DNA of 24,480 bases. It comes from a virus. Lineage: Duplodnaviria > Caudoviricetes. The position numbers and the translations under genes were made by a program. Numbering within the stretch: position 1 is the stretch's first letter; every line of letters starts with the position of its first letter. The notes beneath the pieces were generated by a model. The model was not told the DNA's origin. It saw only the letters and a list, made by a program, of their open reading frames with translations, and did no database searches. Below are positions 7,983 through 15,757 of this stretch, in pieces. The stretch lies in the IMG/VR virus record IMGVR_UViG_3300005805_000474, positions 1 to 24,480 of that record, one strand, 5' to 3'.

Positions 7983-8121
7983 AGTAGCATACGAAAGCTT
8001 ACTTAACGAGTATGAGACATTGACCAGAACCTTTACTGGCTGGACGCTGGCAGATATAAGGTCGCTCTCTTATAGAGAGCGGCGTAACTGGATAGAAAGA
8101 GCTAAAAGGAGAGTTAACTAG
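7969..8121 (+). CDS. Start-less +1-frame ORF: probable frameshift extension of the chaperone (DUF6760 / T4 gp51-like)
   Basis: Frame open 7954-8121: FAYSEVAYESLLNEYETLTRTFTGWTLADIRSLSYRERRNWIERAKRRVN*. The GWt..eI..l...eR..w motif is typical of the second chaperone ORF. The stop overlaps the tape measure GTG. No ATG/GTG in frame. Confidence 0.7.
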   Translation, partial: FAYSEVAYESLLNEYETLTRTFTGWTLADIRSLSYRERRNWIERAKRRVN

Positions 8122-10160
8122 TGGGCTCAAGAGAACAAATGAACATGGGTGGTGAACGCTCAACCACTAGCGCGTTCGTTCAATTAAATAACGTACTTGA
8201 CTCTCTTGTCAATAAAGTTAATACCCTTCGTTCTGGCGGCGCTGGATTTGCAGCTTCTATGGCTGCTGGCGCCCAAAAAATAAGTGCTGCTTCTGGCGAT
8301 GTAGATGGAGGCGGTGGTGGAAATCAAGTATTCAGTCAACCACCAGTGCCACCACCACCAGCAAGCACAGTTGCAGGAATGGGCGGTGGTGGGTTTGGTA
8401 ATCGCATTGGTAACTATATAAGTGATAACAGAGGTGCGATAGGAGCCGCTGCTTTTGGAGCAACCTATACAAGCCTTCCTGCAGTTAATGACGCAGTTAC
8501 TATGGATTTTCTTATTAATAGAACTAGATTCTTTGGTGGCGGCGGTGGGACTGCATCTGGAGACCGTTCTTATAATAACCTAAGTATAGGCGCACAGATT
8601 AATAACCCTGGCGGTGTTGCGCGAGACCAAGGGTTAGAAGTGCAACGCAGACAAGAATTACTATCTGGCGCGGGAACTGTAACTAATCCTTTAGATGCAG
8701 CAAAAGCTTTTCTAGCTGCACAAGCTGGAGGCGTTGGTCAAAGTTTTATGAACGACAGAATGCTTAGAGGCGTAGGCGCTATGTCTAATTTAACTCCTGG
8801 TGTTGGAGTTGAGCGCACAATGCAGGCAATGGTTTCCATGCAACAACCAAGAAACGTAAACCTTTTAGCATTTATGGGTATTCAAGCAAGAGACCCTCTG
8901 ACAGGTCAACCAAAAGACCCTAAATCTATAGCTCAACAGCTGTGGGATAAAATAAATAGAGAAAAAATGGGTAGAGAGCCGTTAACTGCAGAAGATTTAG
9001 ATACAGCCTTTTTACCTGGAAACTCGTTAGACAGCATGATGAAAATGTATTTTGGTAACGATGAAGTTGTTATCTCGCAAATTAAAGCATTTTTATATGC
9101 AAAAGTTGCTGGCGTAACTAAGATGACAAAAAAAGAATTGAAGAAATACGGCGCTACAACAGGCTATGTTGAATCGCAAAGTGAGCGATCTACAGCAGCT
9201 ATGAAGACGTTACAACAGGTATCTTCAATGGAAGCTGCTGGAGCTGCGGCTGCAAATGTACTAGCTGAAGGATTTTCTGATGTTGTAAACGCAGTTGATC
9301 GACTAACTAACTTTGTAAAATTGATTAGTGGTTTTAAAGGTTTTACAGAAGGTCTTAAAGGTATTCCAATCCTTGGAAACTTTGTTCCAGGTAAAGCTGA
9401 TGGCGGTCCTGTTGCAGGAAGATCCCCCTACCTTGTAGGTGAAAGAGGCCCAGAGCTATTTGTTCCTAAAGTAGATGGAACTATTATTCCAAACCATAAT
9501 TTAGGTATCACAAGAGGCGATGGCGGAGATGTATCTAAATTAGGCGCCTCACTTGCGGGTTCTAAAGAAGGTATGTCTAATAAAGACTTACGAACAATTT
9601 TATCTGCTGCTGGATTTAAAGATAAAAATATAGAAGATGCTATAGCTATAATTAGACAAGAGTCTGGTGGCATACCTGGAAGACACAGCGATCCGTCGTT
9701 GAAAAAAGACGACTCCTACGGCTTATTCCAAATTAATATGCTTGGTCAATTGGGTGTTGATAGGCATAAACAATACTTAGAACAATATGGTAAGTATGGG
9801 TATAAAAAACGCGAAGATTTATATAATCCTTATATTAATGCACTAATTGCGGCAGATTTATCAGGCAAAGGTAATACTTGGGACAAACACTGGGTAAATT
9901 CAGCCAAAAAACTTGGAATGGAAAGTTCTTCTAGTAGCTCTAGTAGCTCTGGCAGTAGTTTTGCTTCACAAGCTGGAGCAGTAGGTACTTTTAAAGACTA
10001 CATAACGCAAAACTCAGCTATTGCTGGAGACTTAGCAAAACAATCTGGCGGCAATGTCATAACTATTAACATTAATGGTTATAATAAATCAGGAAAAGAA
10101 TTAGCTAAAGAAGTTGCAAAAATACTAGATGACCCTACAAGAAACGCAGGTAAAAACTAA
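8121..10160 (+). CDS. Tape measure protein with C-terminal SLT/lysozyme-like domain
   Basis: Position after the chaperone; Ala/Gly-rich helical region; tape-measure motif ADGGPV...YLVGERGPELFVP; catalytic-type IIRQESGG...DSYGLFQIN...LYNPYINA; AAGGAG RBS. Confidence 0.85.
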   Translation: MGSREQMNMGGERSTTSAFVQLNNVLDSLVNKVNTLRSGGAGFAASMAAGAQKISAASGDVDGGGGGNQVFSQPPVPPPPASTVAGMGGGGFGNRIGNYISDNRGAIGAAAFGATYTSLPAVNDAVTMDFLINRTRFFGGGGGTASGDRSYNNLSIGAQINNPGGVARDQGLEVQRRQELLSGAGTVTNPLDAAKAFLAAQAGGVGQSFMNDRMLRGVGAMSNLTPGVGVERTMQAMVSMQQPRNVNLLAFMGIQARDPLTGQPKDPKSIAQQLWDKINREKMGREPLTAEDLDTAFLPGNSLDSMMKMYFGNDEVVISQIKAFLYAKVAGVTKMTKKELKKYGATTGYVESQSERSTAAMKTLQQVSSMEAAGAAAANVLAEGFSDVVNAVDRLTNFVKLISGFKGFTEGLKGIPILGNFVPGKADGGPVAGRSPYLVGERGPELFVPKVDGTIIPNHNLGITRGDGGDVSKLGASLAGSKEGMSNKDLRTILSAAGFKDKNIEDAIAIIRQESGGIPGRHSDPSLKKDDSYGLFQINMLGQLGVDRHKQYLEQYGKYGYKKREDLYNPYINALIAADLSGKGNTWDKHWVNSAKKLGMESSSSSSSSSGSSFASQAGAVGTFKDYITQNSAIAGDLAKQSGGNVITININGYNKSGKELAKEVAKILDDPTRNAGKN

Positions 10161-11359
10161 TGACTTCTCCACGCGGACTTACAAGAGATCCAGGAACTGT
10201 CAAACGTACATCAAATACAAATATTGGACCTGCAGCAGGGCGTGGTAGAACTAATGTTCGAGATACTACAACTTTGTTTTTTCCAACAGCTGGAAAAGGA
10301 GTTGGAAAAGTTAAACCAAATCCTGGTACAACACTTCCAGAAAGAAAAGCTGGTAACGTAGCTCCAGATAAAACTTTTAAATTTAATCTTCCACCACATC
10401 GTTGGAGCTTGCCTACTACCCCAAGAGAAGTTGATGAAGCTAGTGGAAGTGTAAAAGTAACTGGTGGAAAAGTTGAAACTATTCATAAAGATCCTGCTTT
10501 AAATCCATATTATTATGGGCGCCCATCTCAGCTTGCAAGTCAAGAAAGCGGTACAATTGGAGCTCGTTCTATTGAAAGATCCGCATCTTTTCATGGAATG
10601 AGGCGTGGAAGACTTTGGTTTTTTGACACAAATTCAGCAATAACTTTGTTAGATACTGATGAAAAAACAGGAGCAACAAGTGTTATTTCTGGACAAAGAG
10701 AGGTGTCTGGAACTCAAAGTTTACCAGATATACAAGATATACAAAAAGCAACGCTCTCTCCTCAAGATAGAAAATATGGATTTCAATTTTTATGGAATCC
10801 AGAATCTATTGCTATAAGTGTTGATGTAAATTTAGAAGTCACACCTTCAATAAAAGATCGTTTACGGTCAGTAAGCGGTGTGTTTCCTTCTATGGAATAT
10901 ATTAACTTGTCTATTATGTTAGACAGAACTAACGACTTTGCTTGTCTACGAGCTAAAGATATTAAAACACAAGCCAAACAACTTTTAGAATTTTACAAAG
11001 AAGGGCAATTTCCAGAACAAAATACGGAAGAATCAGTGTTAATAGAAAAATTAGAAGAACTAGAAGCTCTTGGCACTGCTCATGACATTGAGTATTTATT
11101 TAGAACAGTAAACGGCGGAGGTACAGGAGCTGGTCCTTGGACAAATCTATTAGGAAGAAAAACAGCTGATATTGGATTTTTACAACCAACGCTTCTTGCA
11201 TTACAACTAGGTCCAACTGGTCAAAGCCTTTCTTACGTTGGATGGGTTAACTCTTTAAATATAAACCACGTTGCTTTTAATCAATCAATGGTTCCTATTA
11301 GAACTCAAGTGGCTTTAGGTATTCGATGCTTTACTGGACAACAGGTGGTGGGATTCTAA
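10160..11359 (+). CDS. Putative tube initiator / baseplate hub-tube junction protein
   Basis: Follows the tape measure. FQFLWNPESI and GWVNSLNINHVAFNQSMVPIRTQVAL resemble CIS tube-initiator (Pvc7 N-terminal, P2 gpU-like) folds. Low-complexity N-terminus. Confidence 0.6.
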   Translation: MTSPRGLTRDPGTVKRTSNTNIGPAAGRGRTNVRDTTTLFFPTAGKGVGKVKPNPGTTLPERKAGNVAPDKTFKFNLPPHRWSLPTTPREVDEASGSVKVTGGKVETIHKDPALNPYYYGRPSQLASQESGTIGARSIERSASFHGMRRGRLWFFDTNSAITLLDTDEKTGATSVISGQREVSGTQSLPDIQDIQKATLSPQDRKYGFQFLWNPESIAISVDVNLEVTPSIKDRLRSVSGVFPSMEYINLSIMLDRTNDFACLRAKDIKTQAKQLLEFYKEGQFPEQNTEESVLIEKLEELEALGTAHDIEYLFRTVNGGGTGAGPWTNLLGRKTADIGFLQPTLLALQLGPTGQSLSYVGWVNSLNINHVAFNQSMVPIRTQVALGIRCFTGQQVVGF

Positions 11360-11360
11360 T

Positions 11361-11642
11361 ATGGCTATCTTTCAAGGATCTCGTTATGAATACTCAACAA
11401 TTGACTATGTGTCTACAGATGTAAATGAAGATGCATACCCTGTTGTTTTTTACGAATTTTCAGATATTAATTTAATTCAATTTTTTGAACATACCTATGT
11501 AGATGGTGAGCGGTTAGATCAAATAGCTTTTCGTTACTACAATAGGCCAGGAACTTGGTGGTATATAGTAGAAAGCAATCCTGAAATAACAGACATATTT
11601 AACATAGCTCCAGGAACTGTGCTCAGGATTCCTAATGTTTAA
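11361..11642 (+). CDS. LysM-like baseplate wedge protein (P2 gpX / T4 gp53-like)
   Basis: GERLDQIAFRYY...WWYIVESNPEI...IAPGTVLRIP. Confidence 0.88.
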   Translation: MAIFQGSRYEYSTIDYVSTDVNEDAYPVVFYEFSDINLIQFFEHTYVDGERLDQIAFRYYNRPGTWWYIVESNPEITDIFNIAPGTVLRIPNV

Positions 11643-12981
11643 TTTTAGATATGTTGACGTCGCATTCCCAATGACAGATATTTCTGCAGCACCAAAATAT
11701 ATCTATTCTTTTGAATTAACTCAAAATAGATACGAGCATGAAACAGCAAAAGTTGTTTTTAAAGACTGGTCTTTAAATTATGACTCAGTTACTTCAACAA
11801 GTCCTATGATTATTAAACTTCGCGGCACCACAGAATCTATCACATTAAAAGGATATGTAGACTATGTGCGGCCTTGCATTACTCCTGGAGAAAACTATAC
11901 AGAAGTTGGATTTATTGGAGCTTCTGGAAATATGCGTAATCAATCTGAAGAAGTATTTAAAAACATTACCGCAGATCAAATAGTTAAAAAAATAGCAAAC
12001 AAATACGGATTTGCTTCCTATGCTGTGCCACATCCTCGAGTATACCCACAGGTGTCGCAAGCAGGCCGCAGCGATTGGCAGTTATTGGTTAGATTAGCAA
12101 AGCAAAACGGCTATACGCTTAGAGCAAGAAATACAGAACTATATTTTCAACCTGTTTTAGAAGATTACACTAAGTACAGGTCTGAAGCTAAATACTTTTC
12201 TCTTCAATACCCAGAAAGCCGTCTAGGAACAACTATCTACAGTTTTGATCCAGTTGTTGGAGAATCCATAGACTTTAAAGATTCAGTTAAAGCAGCTGTA
12301 GCAGTAGCTGGTGTTGACCAATATTCTAAATCTACATTAAAAACAACTAAACAGAAAAGAAGTGTTAAAACCAGAAAAAAAAAGAAACCTGAAGTATTTG
12401 ATAGGTTTGCTACAGACATAGTAGTTAATGACTCTGAAACGGCTAAATACGAAGCAGAAGCTGCTGAGAACCGTAATGCGTTTCCTTATAGAGCGTGGGT
12501 AGAAGTTTTAGGTGAACCTTCTCTACGTCCTGATATGCCTGTATATCTTGATAATTTGGGAGAAACATATTCAGGATACTGGACCATATTAGGAACAGAG
12601 CATAAAGTTATTGAAGAAGAATTTAACCAATTTAGATACACAACAGTGCTTTACGTAGGCGCCGATTCTCTGGGCACATCAGATGTTTGGACAGATAATG
12701 CCTTAATAAAATCTCCTGATAGGTCTCCTAAAAGGACGGTTATACCTAATGTAAGACAAACCAAAGTAATCCCCTCTAGCGCTCTTACTATAAAAACACA
12801 ACCTCTTACTCCGCAAGCAGTGTCTGATTTAGGGTTAGTAAAAAATAGACCGCCTGCGCAAGACGTATCGGCAAGGACACCAACTTGGAAAAGTGAAACG
12901 GTTTCTTTAAACAACATAGCGCCTGAACCAAAAAAATCTCCAGCTGTAGTCAGTAGGCTTCAAAGAGCAGGTCGCCTGTGA
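11635..12981 (+). CDS. Baseplate hub protein (P2 gpD / Mu gp44 / T4 gp27-like)
   Basis: TADQIVKKIANKYG, QAGRSDWQLLVRLA, GEPSLRP, YSGYW..GTEH; about 100-aa Pro/Ser/Thr/Lys-rich C-terminal extension. Confidence 0.85.
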   Translation: MFNFRYVDVAFPMTDISAAPKYIYSFELTQNRYEHETAKVVFKDWSLNYDSVTSTSPMIIKLRGTTESITLKGYVDYVRPCITPGENYTEVGFIGASGNMRNQSEEVFKNITADQIVKKIANKYGFASYAVPHPRVYPQVSQAGRSDWQLLVRLAKQNGYTLRARNTELYFQPVLEDYTKYRSEAKYFSLQYPESRLGTTIYSFDPVVGESIDFKDSVKAAVAVAGVDQYSKSTLKTTKQKRSVKTRKKKKPEVFDRFATDIVVNDSETAKYEAEAAENRNAFPYRAWVEVLGEPSLRPDMPVYLDNLGETYSGYWTILGTEHKVIEEEFNQFRYTTVLYVGADSLGTSDVWTDNALIKSPDRSPKRTVIPNVRQTKVIPSSALTIKTQPLTPQAVSDLGLVKNRPPAQDVSARTPTWKSETVSLNNIAPEPKKSPAVVSRLQRAGRL

Positions 12982-13667
12982 TAGAAGATAAAAGATATTT
13001 TGGTATCTATAGCGGAACCGTTGTAGATAACAGAGACCCTTTAAATCTTGGGCGCATAACACTTAGAGTGCCTCAAGTTTTGGGAGAAGGAGACAAAGCT
13101 ATATCTGATTGGGCTCCTGCTGTCGGAGGCTCTATCTCCCAAAATAATTGGCCCTATGGAACGTTCTATTCAGTGGCTGACCAAGCTATTGGCGTTAACA
13201 CGGCTACGGTAATTAATGGCTGGGCTGAGTTAGATACCAGTAGAACCTATTTAGATGGCAATCGTATTTATGTACAGGAAACGGGCGATTACTTTGTTAA
13301 ATTTTCTGCTATGTTTATCAAAACCACGGCTAACTCTGGAACTGCCAATCTGTGGTTTAGGGTAAATGGAACAAACGTAGAGGACAGTAATACTAAAGTT
13401 ACATTGTCTGGAAGTAACGCTGAGATATCAATGTCACGCAGTCTTATCCTAGATTTGGAAGCAGGAGACTACATAGAATTTGTCGCTTCTGCCAACAGCA
13501 CTAATACCTTCTTGAGCCACGATAATGCTGGGGTAGGACCAGAGGTTCCAGGTATAATTGCTACATTAAACTTAATTGGTAAATGGAAACCACAAACTGG
13601 GTCTGGAGTATGGGTCATGTTTCAAGGGGGAGACCCTAACTTTCCACTTTGGCTAGGAGGACAATAA
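12978..13667 (+). CDS. Baseplate spike (gp5/gpV OB-fold) with inserted C1q/TNF-like domain
   Basis: N-terminal YFGIYSGTVVDNRDPLNLGRITLRVP...SDWA and C-terminal P..GSGVWVMFQGGDPNFPLWLG are the two halves of the gp5 OB-fold, separated by about 150 aa. Confidence 0.85.
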   Translation: MIEDKRYFGIYSGTVVDNRDPLNLGRITLRVPQVLGEGDKAISDWAPAVGGSISQNNWPYGTFYSVADQAIGVNTATVINGWAELDTSRTYLDGNRIYVQETGDYFVKFSAMFIKTTANSGTANLWFRVNGTNVEDSNTKVTLSGSNAEISMSRSLILDLEAGDYIEFVASANSTNTFLSHDNAGVGPEVPGIIATLNLIGKWKPQTGSGVWVMFQGGDPNFPLWLGGQ

Positions 13668-14074
13668 TGGCAGAAAAAGCAATGACACTTCCGTTTTCAT
13701 TTGATGCTTCAGGGGGTGTCTCTTACACTATTGATAAGACTAAAATGTGGCAAGACCGAGTAGCCATAGTCGTTGCGACCAAACTTCAAGAACGTGTTAT
13801 GCGACCTTCTTTTGGAAGCACTGTTCCAAATACAGTTTTTGAAAACTTAACCTTAGGGTTCTCTTTAGCTAAACAGGCTATAGAGTCTTCCTTTGCTGCT
13901 TGGCTGCCTCAACTTACCCTAGTGTCAGTTACTGGGGAAACTGACGATGTAAACAACGTTCTTTATATACAAATATCCTTTAAATACAGAAACGAAGAAG
14001 AAGCTACAGTAAGATTAAGAACGGCCATTCTTAATAGATCTGGCGAAACAATCCTGGAGGTAACAAATGGCTGA
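13667..14074 (+). CDS. Baseplate wedge / sheath initiator, gp25/gpW family
   Basis: LPFSFD, TKLQERVMRPSFGS, WLPQL. True start is probably ATG 13667 (AGGAGG RBS, TAATG overlap) rather than 13649. Confidence 0.9.
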   Translation: MAEKAMTLPFSFDASGGVSYTIDKTKMWQDRVAIVVATKLQERVMRPSFGSTVPNTVFENLTLGFSLAKQAIESSFAAWLPQLTLVSVTGETDDVNNVLYIQISFKYRNEEEATVRLRTAILNRSGETILEVTNG

Positions 14075-15755
14075 TAACTACGTACCGCAAGTTGACTACA
14101 CATCTAGAGACTATGCGTCTATAAGAGAAGATTTAATCTCTTTAATTCCAGTTTATAACCCTGAGTGGACCAATAGAGACGCGGCAGACTTTGGCATAAC
14201 TCTTATAGAGTTATTTTCTTACATGGGTGATTTGTTAAATTACTACATTGACCGTTCAGCAAATGAAGCTTTTATCACCACAGCTAGCCAAAGAGAAAAC
14301 GTGCTTCAATTAGCTAGATTACTTAGTTATGTTCCTACTCAAAGTACAGCAGCTACAGTGACCGTAACGTTTCAAAACGACACAGCCTCACCAATAACAG
14401 TACCTGCAAAAACACAAGTAGCTACAACCAATATTTCTAGCTCTACATCTTCTCAAGTAATATTTGAAACAAATTCTGCAGTGACCGTGCCAGCTAAAGT
14501 TGGAACTACAGCTGGAACTATTAACGTCACTGCTACGCAAGGAGTCACAGTTACTGATGAATTATTAGGAAGTTCTAATGGAACAGCTAATCAATTGTTC
14601 CAACTTTTCGAATCACCTGTCATTAATAACAGTATCTCAGTAACTATTAACAACGTTGCTTATAACGGAGTTCAATACTTAATTGATTACAACAACAATG
14701 ACCCTGTTTTTACAACTATTACTAATGCAGCTGGTGCTACATATGTAGTATTTGGAGACGGTGTGAGCGGAAGAATTCCTCCTAATAGCGCAAGTATATA
14801 TGCAACCTATCGTGTAGGCGGAGGTATTTCTGGAAACGTTGCAGCCAATAATGTTAAATTTATTTTAACAAATGCAACTTCAGGTTTATCTGTAACTAAC
14901 CAAAGTGCTGCTACTGGCGGAGCTGACCCAGAATCAACAGATACCATTCGCATCAATGCTCCTACAGGACTTAGAGCTTTAAATAGAGCGGTTTCTTTAA
15001 AAGATTATTCTGACCTTGCTGTGCAAGTAAGCGGTGTAGCAAAAGTTATATCTAAAGCCGATGTGTATACCAGTGTAACTTTGTATGTTGCTCCGTTTGG
15101 TGATAGAGGAGTTGAAGCAGATAACGTAACCCCTACTTCTTTGTTTAATACTTTATCTAACACTATTGCTGAATATATGATTGACAAAGCTCCTGCAAAT
15201 ACAACTTTAACTATTCAACCTCCTTTTTACGTTGGAGTAACTTTATTTATAAATATCACAGTGCTTCCTCAATACAGGCAGTCTTTAGTTAAAACTGCTG
15301 CAGAGTCTGTAATTTATGAACTTTTTGACTTTGATAACGTTGTGTTTGCTGATCGCATCACGCTACAAGATGTCATGACTGTGCTAAGTTCTGTCTCTGG
15401 CGTTGCTTATGCACAAGTGCCTCTTTTAGTGCGCACTGATGGAATACAACAATTTAACATAACTAATAAAGCTTTAACAGCAGGAGTTGCTACATTAACT
15501 ACAAGTGCTACTCACAATTTTACTGTTGGTCAAACTGTTAAAGTAGATTCTGTAGATTCTACTTTTGACGGAGTTCACATCATATCAGCCGTAACAAGCA
15601 CAACTTTTTCATATGCTTTGTCTGGTAGCACTGTATCTTCTACTCCAGATACTGGAGTAGCTACTATTTTGACTACTGGAGATATCGTGTGTTTAACAAA
15701 TGAGTTACCTGAAATATCAAACTTAATCATTACTGCTACAGGTGGTATTGTCTAA
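14067..15755 (+). CDS. Baseplate J / T4 gp6-like wedge protein
   Basis: DYTSRDYASIREDL, PEWT...DFGITLIELFSYMGDLLNYYIDR.ANEAFI.TA, FGDGVSGRIP, ATGGADPES, RAVSLKDY. GGAGG RBS. Confidence 0.93.
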   Translation: MADNYVPQVDYTSRDYASIREDLISLIPVYNPEWTNRDAADFGITLIELFSYMGDLLNYYIDRSANEAFITTASQRENVLQLARLLSYVPTQSTAATVTVTFQNDTASPITVPAKTQVATTNISSSTSSQVIFETNSAVTVPAKVGTTAGTINVTATQGVTVTDELLGSSNGTANQLFQLFESPVINNSISVTINNVAYNGVQYLIDYNNNDPVFTTITNAAGATYVVFGDGVSGRIPPNSASIYATYRVGGGISGNVAANNVKFILTNATSGLSVTNQSAATGGADPESTDTIRINAPTGLRALNRAVSLKDYSDLAVQVSGVAKVISKADVYTSVTLYVAPFGDRGVEADNVTPTSLFNTLSNTIAEYMIDKAPANTTLTIQPPFYVGVTLFINITVLPQYRQSLVKTAAESVIYELFDFDNVVFADRITLQDVMTVLSSVSGVAYAQVPLLVRTDGIQQFNITNKALTAGVATLTTSATHNFTVGQTVKVDSVDSTFDGVHIISAVTSTTFSYALSGSTVSSTPDTGVATILTTGDIVCLTNELPEISNLIITATGGIV

Positions 15756-15757
15756 CA

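Noticed and set aside
7232-7990. 252-aa reverse-strand ORF
   Set aside because: Antisense shadow of the chaperone gene; Ser-rich, no motif, no RBS, and opposite to the uniform + strand organisation.
9922-9960. TCTAGTAGC short tandem repeat
   Set aside because: Only encodes a poly-Ser linker in the tape measure protein.
13131-13580. Intein or intron in the spike gene
   Set aside because: The insert is in frame, lacks intein C-terminal HN and homing endonuclease motifs, and looks like a C1q-type beta sandwich.
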